The notes under the pieces were generated by a model that ran no database searches, was not told the origin of the DNA, and saw only the letters and a list, made by a program, of their open reading frames with translations. The translations under genes and the position numbers were made by a program. A stretch of 62,790 nucleotides of DNA from NCBI GenBank assembly GCA_036172245.1, contig JAYWIR010000114.1:62001-124790 (forward strand), in the 5' to 3' direction. This DNA is from Raillietiella orientalis (lineage: Eukaryota). Below are positions 49,525 to 60,890 of this stretch, piece by piece (position 1 is the first letter of the stretch; every line of letters starts with the position of its first letter).

Positions 49525-51387
49525 AAAGGGGTGGTGTTAATTTTTGGCCTTCCTCAGCTTCTTTAGGCGGAGAGACCTTTCTCTCCTTACCGCCGTCGAA
49601 GCTGGCTTCTCACTCCCGGCATCGCTCTCTGTGCCGGTGTGGTCTGTCGTATCATTGTCGTGTTCGCTGGAGCGCTCGAGCTTGGCGACTGTTTTGCGCG
49701 GAAGGTTCTCCAGGGAGACCTTGGCGCAGTAGTTCGCCTTTACGATGCAGAGCTTGTTCTCCAGCCTGCCGCGTTCTTCTGGTTCTATGAGGGCGTTGAT
49801 TCCCTCCTGTGTTTCACCAATGCGTGACAGGATCTTCGCCTGCTGCACTTGGTTCACCTCCGTCTGTACCTCCTCCGCCAGCTTCACCACCTCCTCGGTG
49901 AGCTGCGCCGCCTATTGCGAAGCCGGGGTAGCTTCGGTGATTTCCATCACTTCAGCTTCCGGCACTCCCTTCTGCGCAACAACCTCCTGCTGTTGCTCCA
50001 CTACCTCGCCAACCGCCTGCTCGCCAACCTGCTGCATCTCCTCGCCTACCTGCTTCTCGGCCTGTTCAGAGGAGGAGGATTCGGGCTCCCTCACGGGCAT
50101 CCTCCTCTTTAGCCATTCCCCACCGTCGTAAAGCCGTCCTCAGAAACGGGAGCGGCCTCCTTCGCCTTCCTCTGCTTCAGTGCTATCTGAGGCTTGATCA
50201 CCTCTTCGAGCACTCGCGCCCTGTCCGGTGAATTGCCCCTCATCGTCCGGTAATTGGCAAACTCGGAACAGCACCATTTTGCGTGCCCTGGGGCCTTGCA
50301 AAATGAGCAAACCTCCGGCATGCTGCAATCCCGGACTTGGTGGCCTTGCTTCCCACAGCGGAAGCATTTCAATTTGGGACAGACACGCTGCCTGTGGCCA
50401 ACTGATTTGCAACCGTTGCAGAAAACGGGTTGCGCCCTGTACCTCACAGAGACTCCTTGATCGTCACCCTCGAAATGGATGGTTCCAGGAATCTGAGCAT
50501 CCTCCAACAGCTTCATCCTTACCGTCGCTTCTCCCGAAAAGATCTTCCCCGAAATGTTGTGGAAATTGCTGTCCAGTACCTCGCCGTACTGCGACAGGCG
50601 TTTCCAGACCGCCTTCTGTGTGATGAACGGCCCTAGCCCGCTCAGAAAAACGGTGGTGTACGGCATTTCGCCGACTCCACACACCATTTTACCCTGGATG
50701 TTGATCCCTTTTTCGATGAACTCCTGGCGGAGTTCATCGCACTCTGTGTAGATCGTGAACCCGAATGGCCCGAACACGATCGCCTGCAACTTATCAAAGT
50801 CCACCTGTTGCTTGTACAGCGCCAGGTAGAGTTCCCGAATGTTATGCATTCGGATTAAACCGGTCTTGAACGTGACCGTCTTGACGTTTGGGCCCAAATT
50901 GACTATGGGCTCATCAACGTCCGTGATCGCCCCGGACTCGGGCTTTCCAAATTTTCTCTGCGGCTGGGTTGTTGCCGTCCCAGCCTCCACCGCCGCATAG
51001 GAAAAAGTCGCCGCCGCCGGCGGCCGCCCCACGGTCGCAGCCGCCTCGCAAGATGCCGTCGCGTGATTAGCAACGGTTGGGCCTAGGAGCCCTGCCGTTG
51101 CTAGGGACGCTTCCGCCGTCGCCGTCGTCTTCGCAGCCACCCCCGTTGCCTGCCTTGTCTCCACCACCGGTGTGGCGCCAGAAACACACGATTGCCCTAC
51201 CTCCATAGGTTGAGGCTTCTCCGTGGTCCCCATCCACCGCTGCTCTTGCATCTTGACGGGGTGCTGCTGCACCGCCGCCTGGGAGGGTCGCGACTCCTCC
51301 ACCTTGGACTCCCTCTGGCTGCTGCTGCTGCTGCTGCAGTCGCTGTGGGACGTCCTGAGTACCGTACTCACTGTTTTTCACTATTCA

Positions 51388-51530
51388 CTTGCCCTGTCAG
51401 GGCACGCAAAAATTGCCTCGGCAGTGGTTTTACGCACTGCCTTGGCGGGGTATTGGGTAAAGTTTTCAACTAGCAATAATCGCGGCTCAGTCGCCTTCCT
51501 CGCCTATTTTCCCCAGGTCCCACAAGGGGT
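51388..51530 (-). ncRNA. U4 snRNA-like module (B variant)
   Basis: U4 core, Sm site AATTTTTG, terminal TGCCCT-GAC-AGGGCA. Confidence 0.85.
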
Positions 51531-54500
51531 GGGGTAAATTTATTTTCTGTAAAACATTCACACTACAATCACATTCATACACTTCAACTTTTCCTCATTT
51601 GTCACTGGTCACTTTGGCACTTGTGCTTAAAGTTCACTTCTGGGCGTCTGAAAAGTCACTGCTCTACTTACCTTGGATCCGCTTGGGTTCGGAGACTTCC
51701 TTCTATCCTTCTCAGGATGTGTCGGTAGTTCCAAACTTGCACTCGTCCGCAGTTTCGGATGCCAATCTCCTTCTGGATCAACCCTTGCAGGATCTCCATC
51801 GGAGATATGGCAGTCCTCGTGGTCCTCATCTTCCACCACCGCACAAGGATGGCGGTGATGAAAAGTGCGATGGTCACTCTGACCATGGGATTGTAGCGTG
51901 GAGCCGTTCCAGTTCCCTGGAACATTCCTGCCAGAACGTCCATGGTCGAGGCGTTGTTCAGCCCGATGACCCTTTTCAGGGTTGTCCACTCGGATTGCAA
52001 TGTGGGGCAGGTCAAGACGTGTCTACCTGAATCCAATCCACCACATGATTTGCAGGTTTCTTCTTCTCGTCGTCCCGTGAAGAGCTTCATTCTCGTGCCG
52101 CACAGGATCCCCCCATGATAGAACATGAGCAGATTGTCCTGTGTATCCGGTGGTAGGTCACTCCTCCATAGCACCGTACCGATCGCTAGGGGATTGAATC
52201 CACTGCTTGCGTATCGGGCGCCAGCATCTTGGAGGGCACTGTGGTATTGTTCTTCCCTGATGATGTCCTTCCTGTTCTTCTTCGTTACCCTGGACCACGC
52301 ATGGTTAGGATGGCTTTTCCATACCTCGCGGGTCTTCAGGGTAACGGATCAACTCATCCTTTCCACGTGACGAAGTACCCGTGAATGATGAAGGTATCTT
52401 CGCCGTGTCCAGGATTCCAATTCTCCGAAGGTAACTCTGGACCGCTGGCGTATCCAGCTCCTCGTGTCATCCTGTACGGGGAGCATTCAAGGGATAACCA
52501 GGATGGATTCCTCCTGCCAGAGTTCCTTGCTTCTCGGGATGATCTTGATTCCCTCGCTCTTGATCAGTCTTTGCTTCCACCTCCACGTTGGGTCGATGGT
52601 TGACCATTCGTCCACTCTGCCGACGACGCAGTCATCAGGCCCCTCGAGTTGTTAATTAACAACGAGTATGCCCCTATGCCGCGTACGTAGTCGATACAGT
52701 TGGAGAACATCTCCAGGATGTGTCGCACGTCCATGTTGTTCACGGCGTGTGCAGGCGACTTCATCCCGGTTCCTCCCTCCTCCCTCGGACGACAAAGTGG
52801 CTTCAGGCGTACTCTCGGACGGTATCCTCCCCACAGGGTCTTCCTCTGCAGCTTTTCCACTTCTCGCTTGGTGTCTTTCGACATGTTGCTGAAGGCCGCT
52901 CCGAAAAGTACCTTCGGAAGGAGAACTCCATTCCAAAGGTTGGCCCTCTGCTTCATGTTGAAGTCCGAGCGCGTGTACTTCGCTCCTTCTTCAGATACTT
53001 TCCCCAGGATTTCCTTTCACAACAGTTGGGATGCGGATGCATCACCAATGTGGATACCTAGGTACTTGATCGTGTCCACCGTACGGAAACCTTCACTCAC
53101 GAGTGTTGTGAGGTCCAGGATGCCGACGGGCAAGAGTTTGCTTTTCTGGGCATTGATTTTAAGCCCCAATCCTTTCTCCATGAGCTCAACCACATGCAAG
53201 AAGCCTCGCTGATCTCTCTCCCCTATGAGAAAGAAGAGAAGGTCGTCCGCGTAGGCGAGATGGGTGAGTCTCTGTTGGTCCACTTTGATTCCTCGGAGAT
53301 ACCCGGTTCTGTCGATGAACGACGAGAGGGCCTCCATGTAGATGACAAACAGCATCGGACTTAGCGCGTCGCCCTGACGGACTCCGCGTTCCATCCTGAT
53401 GGCTGCTGTCGCTTCCCCATTGACGGTGATGCGGAATTCTTGGTCTTGTAGTACCATCCTGACGAAGTTGCTGAAGTATTCCGGGAGTAGCTGATCTTCC
53501 TAGAATCTTCAGCAGCATCCCATGGTCTACCGTGTGGAAACTTTCTCCATGTCGGTGACTTCAGCACCAAGTTCTCGCCTGTGTATCGGCTGAGTCCTAT
53601 GGTGGCTTGAGCACACTTGACATTGTCCGACATGTGACGACCGGGCACCGCACATGTCTGGACCGGAGATATAAGCCGCGGCATGACCTTGCCTAAGCGG
53701 TTGGCCCAAATCTTCGCCAACCACTTGGCATCGGAGTTCAAGATCGAGATTGGCCTCCATTGAGTGACCTGCGTGAGGTCACCGCCTTTCGGCAACAATC
53801 TCATCCGACTCTTGCTGAAGGACTTTGGTATTCTTCCTTCTTCTTTGATGCATAGCGTCAGCTGGAGGAACAGTCGCCGGTAGGCATGCAGATACCTCTG
53901 ATAGTGGGAGATTGGAATACTATCAGGGCCTGCCGCCACATCCTTGCGAAGTTCCTCGAACGCAGCTTTCACTTCTTCATCGGAGATATCTTCTTCCAGC
54001 ATCTTCTTGCTCTTTTCATCAATCCGGTTTTCCAGATGTTTCAGGAATCCTCGTTGATAGATCTCGTCCGGTTGTTTTCTGCGGAAGTGTTCTGCATAAT
54101 GCCTGAAGAAGGCTTCTGCGATGTCTTCCGTCTTGCTCTTCATCTGGCCTGCGTACTGGATGCTGAAGATATCTGTTGCCAGATTCTTCTTCTCCAGTAC
54201 GCCAACTTCACCCTTGATGCTGTTGAAGACGTACCGGCTCTGGTACTGTTGCCAGTACTTGGAGAACGAGCGATCTTGGATGTTGAGCTCGCGGTACGCC
54301 TCCTGCCTCAGTCTCTTGTCTCCAAACTGCATGTTGCAGAACAAATGGATGCGGTGCTTGATGCTGTCCCAATCGGCAACCCTGCTGATGGTTGTAGTTT
54401 GCAGGATCACCTCCATCAGATCTTGATGATGGGGATGGGTCTCGAACCATTGGGGCATGGTGAGAATTGCCTGCCTCGTTGCCTTGCTTCGTCGAGGGTT

Positions 54501-55662
54501 TTCCGTCCGCAAGGTGAACCTCATCAACGGATGATCGGACACAGAGTGGGGAGTGTCTCGAAAACCGAGGACTTGGTTCCCAATGTCGGCGCTGTAGAGG
54601 ACGTGGTCGATCGGCTTGTGGCTCGCAGTCAGCCACTGGAGTCCGAACTCGTCGGAAAGCCGCCGATACGCCTCCCTTCCTCTGACGTCCCGGGAATAGA
54701 TGATTTGATCCAGGAGGTTGAAGTCCCCAACGATGATGACGATGTCCTTCGCCTGCACTTTCTTGCGGAGGGCGTCATGAAGCACCTCCGCGCACTGGTG
54801 CTTTAGGTGGTGCGTCCGTAGACGTTCACCGGGAAGAGGTGAACGTTACACGTTCGCGGACCCGGACAATCGTGAGACGAGAATTCTTCCAGGGACGGGA
54901 CGAAGACTTCCAGGATGGTGGCGGCAAGGTGGTTCTTGATTGCTGTTACCCCCATGGTGTACCTCTGTCCCACGCTGATGAACAGTTGGACGTTCATTCA
55001 TCTCTCCAATTCAGGCTGATCTGCTGCCCCATCTCATGGGTTTCCTGGCGAACGAAACGATGTCGAAGTGCCTGATCTTGTGGGCTTTTCTTCGTCTTCG
55101 CACTGGATCTTGCAATCCAATTAACGTTCCAGGAGGCGATGGTCAGTCTCCCGGCTGTCGACAAGGATGAGGCCATGAAAGGGGGTGTTAATTTTTTGGC
55201 CTTCCTCAGCACAGTGTCGACTGGCGGGGGAGACCTTTCTCTGCTTACCGCCGTCCGAAGCTGGCTTCTCACTCCCGGCATCGCTCTCGTGCCGGTGTGG
55301 TCTGTCGTATCGTTGTCGTGTTCGCTGGAGCGCTCGAGCTTGGCAACTGTTTTGCGCGGAAGGTTCTCCAGAGAGACCTTGGCGCAGTAGTTCGCCTTTA
55401 CGATGTAGAGCTTGTTCTCCAGCCTGCCGCGTTCTTCCGGGTCTATGAGGGCGTTGATTCCCTCTTGTGTTTCACCAATGCGTGACAGGAGCTTCGCCTG
55501 CTGCACTTGGTTCACCTCCGTCTGTACTTCCTCCGCCAGCTTCACCACCTCCTCGGTGAGCTGCGCCGCCTCTTGCGAAGCCGGGGTAGCTTCGGTGATT
55601 TCCATCACCTCAGCTTCCGGCACTCCCTTCTGCGCAACAACCTCCTGCTGTTGCTCCACTAC

Positions 55663-55737
55663 CTCGCCAACCGCCTGCTCGCCAACCGCCTGCTCGCCAA
55701 CCGCCTGCTCGCCAACCGCCTGCTCGCCAACCGGCTG
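55663..55737. repeat. 15-bp in-frame minisatellite in family B ORF1 (VGEQA)n
   Basis: CTCGCCAACCGCCTG x4 plus one variant copy. Fewer copies in E3, E6 and E8. Confidence 0.9.
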
Positions 55738-57088
55738 CATCTCCTCGCCTACTTGCTTCTCGGCCTGTGCAGAGGAGGAGGATTCTGGCTCCCTCACGAG
55801 CATCCTCCTCTTGCCGCCCTTCCCCACCGTCGTAAAGCCGTCCTCAGAAACGGGAGCGGCCTCCTTCGCCTTCCTCTGCTTCAGTGCTCTCTGAGGCTTG
55901 ATCGCCTCTTCGAGCACTCGCGCCCTGACCGGTGACTGGCCCCTCATCGTCCGGTAATTGGCAAACTCGGGGCAGCACCATTTTGCGTGCCCTGGGGCCT
56001 TGCAAAATGAGCATACCTCCGGCATGCTGCAATCACGGACTTGGTGGCCTTGCTTCCCACAGCGGACGCATTTCGATCTGGGACAGACACGCTGCCTGTG
56101 GCCAAATGATTTGCAACCGTTGCAGAAAACGGGTTGCGCCCTGTATCTCACAGAGATTCCCTGATCGTCACCCTCGAAATGGATGGTTCCAGGAATCTGG
56201 GCATCCTCCAACAGCTTCATCCTTACCGTCGCTTCTCCCTAAAAGATCTTTTCCGAAATGTTGTGGAAATTGCTGTCCAGTACCTCGCCGTACTGTGACA
56301 GGCGTTTTTAAACCGCCTTCTGTGTAATTAACGGCCCTAGCCCGCTCAGAAAAACGGTGGTGTACGGCATTTCGCCAACTCCACACACCATTTTGCCCTG
56401 GATGTTGATTCCGGTTTCAATCAACGACTGCCGGAGTTCTTCACAATCTGTGTAGATCGTGAACCCGAATGGCCCGGGCGCGATCGCCTGAAGCTTATCA
56501 AAGTCTACCTGTTGCTTGTACAGTGCCAGGTAGACTTTTCGAATGTTATGCATTCGGATTAAACCGGTCCTGAACGTGAGTGTCTTCACGTTTGGGCCCA
56601 ACTTGACGATGGGCTCGTCAACGTCCCTAATGGGCCCGGACTCGGGCTTCCCAAATTTTCTCTGCGGCTGGGTTGTTGCCGTCCCAGCCGCCACCGCTGC
56701 ATAAGAAAATGTTGCCGCCGCCGGCGGCCGCCCCACGGTCGCAGCCGCCGCCGCGCAAGATGGCGTCGCGTCATTAGCAACGGTTGGGCCTAGGAGCCTT
56801 GCCGTTGCTAGGGGCGCTTCCGCCGTCGCCGCCGCCTTCGCAGCCACCACCGTGGCCTGCCTTGCCTCCACCACCGGTGTGGCGCCAGAAACACACGATT
56901 GCCCTACCTCCATGGGCTGAGGCTTCTCCGTGGTTCCCATCCACCGCTGTTCTTGCATCTTGACGGGGTGCTGCTGCACCGCCGCCGGGGAGGGTCGCGA
57001 CTCCTCCACCTTGGACTCCCTCTGGCTGCTGCTGCTGCAGTTGCTGTGGGACGTCCTTGGTTGCGCACTCACTGTTTTTCACTATTCA

Positions 57089-57231
57089 CTTGCCCTGCGA
57101 GGGCACACAAAAATTGCCTCGGCAGTGATGTTACTCACTGCCTTGGCGGGGTATTGGGTAAAGTTTTCAACTAGCAATAATCGCGGCTCAGTCGCCTTCC
57201 TCGCCTATTTTCCCCAGGTCCCACAAGGGGT
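57089..57231 (-). ncRNA. U4 snRNA-like module (B variant with altered loops)
   Basis: GGCAGTGA-GTAACA-TCACTGCC and TGCCCT-CGC-AGGGCA. Stems and Sm site preserved. Confidence 0.85.
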
Positions 57232-60200
57232 GGGGTAAATTTATTTTCTGTAAAACATTCACACTACAATCACATTCATACACTTCAACTTTTCCTCATT
57301 TGTCACTGGTCACTTTGGCACTTGTGCTTAAAGTTCAACTTCTGGGCGTCTGAAAAGTCACTGCTCTACTTATACCTTGGATCCGCTTGGTTTCGGAGAC
57401 TTCCTTCTATCCTTCTCAGGATGTGTCGGTAGTTCCAAACTTGCACTCGTCCGCAGTTCGGATGCCAATCTCCTTCTGGATCAACCCTTGCAGGATCTCC
57501 ATCGGAGATATGGCAGTCCTCGTGGTCCTCATCTTCCACCACCGCACAAGGATGGCGGTGATGAAAAGGGCGATGGTCACTCTGACCATGGGGTTGTTGC
57601 GTGGAACTGTTCCAGTTCCCTGGAACATTCCTGCCAGAACGTCCATGGTCGAGGCGTTGTTCAGCCCGATGACCCTTTTCAGGGTTGTCCACTCGGATTG
57701 CAATGTGGGGCAGGTCAAGACGTGTCTACCTGAATCCAATCCACCACATGCTTTGCAGGTTTCTTCTTCTCGTCGTCCCGTGAAGAGCTTCATTCTCGTG
57801 CCACACAGGATCCCCCCATGATAGAACATGAGGAGATTGTCCTGTGTATCGGGTGGTAGATCACTCCTCCATAGCACCGTACCGATCGCTAGTGGATTGA
57901 ATCCACTGCTTGCGTATCGGTCGGCAGCATCTTGGAGGGCACTGTGGTCTTGTTCTTCCCTGATGATGTCCTTCCTGTTCTTCTTCGTTACCCGGACCGC
58001 ATGGTTAGGATGGCTTTTTCCATACCTCGCGGGTCTTCAGGGTAACGGATCCACTCATCCTTTCCACGTGACGAAGTACCCGTGAATGATGAAGGTATCT
58101 TCGCCGTGTCCAGGATTCCAATTCTCCGAAGGTAACTCTGGACCGCTGGCGTATCCAGCTCCTCGTGCCATCCTGTACGGGGAGCATCCAAGGGATAACC
58201 AGGATGGATTCCTCCTGCCAGAGTTCCTTGCTTCTCGGGATGATCTTGATTCCCTCGCTCTTGATCAGTCTTTGCTTCCGCCTCCACGTTGGGTCGATGG
58301 TTGACCATTCGTCCACTCTGCCGACGAGCGCAGTCATCAGGCCCCTCGAGTTATTAATTTACAACGAGTATGCCCTATGCGCCGCGTACGGCCAGTCGTC
58401 CCAGTTGGAAGACATCTCCAGGATGTGTCGCACGTCCATGTTGTTCACGGCGTGTGCAGGCGACTTCATCCCGGTTCCTCCCTCCTCCCTCGGACGACAA
58501 AGTGGCTTCAGGCGTACTCTAGGACGGTATCCTCCCCACAGGGTCTTCCTCTGCAGCTTTTCCACTTCTCGCTTGGTGTCTTTCGACATGTTGCTGAAGG
58601 CCGCTCCGAAAAGTACCTTCGGAAGGAGAACTCCATTCCAAAGGTTGGCCCTCTGCTTCATGTTGAAGTCCGAGCGCGTGTACTTCGCTCTTTCTTCAGA
58701 TACTTTCCCCAGGATTTCCTTCCACAACAGTTGGGATGCGGATGCATCACCAATGTGGATACCTAGGTACTTGATCGTGTCCACCGTACGGAAACCTTCA
58801 CTCACGAGTGTTGTGAGGTCCAGGATGCCGACGGGCAAGAGTTTGCTTTTCTGGGCATTGATTTTAAGCCCCAATCCTTTCTCCATGAGCTCAAACACAT
58901 GCAAGAAGCCTCGCTGATCTCTCTCCCCTTTGAGAAAGAAGAGAAGGTCGTCCGCGTAGGCGAGATGGGTGAGTCTCTGGTAGTCCCACTTTGATTCTCG
59001 GAGATACCCAGTTCATCGATGAACGACGAGAGGAGCCTCCATGTAGATGACAAACAGCATCGGACTTAGCGCGTCGCCCTGACGGACTCCGCGTTCCATC
59101 CTGATGGCTGCTGTCGCTTCCCCATTGACGGTGATGCGGAATTCTTGGTCTTGTAGTACCATCCTGACGAAGTTGCTGAAGTATTCCGGGAGGCCCAGTC
59201 TTCCTAGAATCTTCAGCAGCATCCCATGGTCTACCGTGTCGAAGGCTTTCTCCATGTCAGTGAAGCTCAGCACCAAGTTCTCGCCTGTGTATCGGCTGAG
59301 TCCTATGGTGGCTTGAGCACACTTGACATTGTCCGACATGTGACGACCGGGCACCGCACATGTCTGGACCGGAGATATGAGCCGCGGCATGACCTTGCCT
59401 AAGCGGTTGGCCCAAATCTTCGCCAACCACTTGGCATCGGAGTTCAAGATCGAGATTGGCCTCCATTGAGTGACCTGCGTGAGGTCATCGCCTTTCGGCA
59501 ACAATCTCATCCGACTCTTGCTGAAGGACTTTGGTATTCTTCCTTCTTCTTTGATGCATAGCGTCAGCTGGAGGAACAGTCGCCGGTAGGCATGCAGATA
59601 CCTCTGATAGTGGGAGATTGGAATACTATCAGGGCCTGCCGCCACATCCTTGCGAAGTTCCTCGAACGCAGCTTTCACTTCTTCATCGGAGATATCTTCT
59701 TCCAGCATCTTCTTGCTCTTTTCGTCAATCCGGTTTTCCAGATGTTTCAGGAATCCTCGTTGATAGATCTCGTCCGGTTGTTTCCTACGGAAGTGTTCTG
59801 CATAATGCCTGAAGAAGGCTTCTGCGATGTCTTCCGTCTTGCTCTTCATCTGGCCTGCGTACTGGATGCTGAAGATATCTGTTGCCAGATTCTTCTTCTC
59901 CAGTACGCCAACTTCACCCTTGATGCTGTTGAAGACGTACCGGCTCTGGTACTGTTGCCAGTACTTGGAGAGCGAGCGATCTTGGATGTTGAGCTCGCGG
60001 TACGCCTCCTGCCTCAGTCTCTTGTCTCCAAACTGCATGTTGCAGAACAAATGGATGCGGTGCTTGAGGCTGTCCCAATCGGCGACCCTGCTGATGGTTG
60101 TAGTTTGCAGGATCACCTCCATCAGATCTTGATGATGGGGATGGGTCTCGAACCATTGGGGCATGGTGAGAATTGCCTCCCTCGTTGCCTTGCTTCGTCG

Positions 60201-60890
60201 AGGGTTTTCCGTCCGCAAGGTGAACCTCATCAACGGATGATCGGACACAGAGTGGGGAGTGTCTCGAAAACCGAGGACTCGGTTCCCAATGTCGGCGCTG
60301 TAGAGGACGTGGTCGATCGGCTTGTGGCTCGCAGTCAGCCACTGGAGTCCGAACTCGTCGGAAAGCCGCCGATACGCCTCCCTTCCTCTGACGTCCCGGG
60401 AATAGATGACTTGATCCAGGAGGTTGAAGTCCCCAACGATGATGACGATGTCCTTCGCCTGCACTTTCTTGCGGAGGGCTTCATGAAGCACCTCCGCGCA
60501 CTGGTGCTTTAGGTGGTGCGGCCCGTAAACGTTCACCAGGAAGAGGTGAACGTTCGCGGACCAGGACAATCGTGAGACGAGAATTCTTCCAGGGACGGGA
60601 CAGAAGACTTCCAGGATGGTGGCGGCAAGGTGGTTCTTGATTGCCGTTGCCACCCCCATGGTGTACCTCTGTCCCACGCTGGTGAACAGTTGGACGTTCA
60701 TTCGTCTCTCCAATTCCAGGCTGATCTGCTGCCCCATCTCGTGGGTTTCCTGCAGGCAAACGATGTCGAAGTGCCTGATCTTGTGGGCTATTCTTCGTCT
60801 TCGCACTGGATCTTGCATTCCATTAACGTTCCAGGAGGCGATGGTCAGTCTCCCGGCTGTCGACAAGGATGAGGCCATAAAGGGGTGGTG

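Larger units (their letters stand above)
45736..51387 (-). mobile_element. Array unit E6: full-length family B element
   Basis: ORF1 51371-49537 (frameshift ~50110, stop ~49912). ORF2 49524-46016 nearly intact. Confidence 0.95.
51388..57088 (-). mobile_element. Array unit E7: full-length family B element, with clustered indels
   Basis: ORF1 57072 to ~55188, ORF2 55176-51668. YADD intact; frameshifts fall in short patches. Confidence 0.95.
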
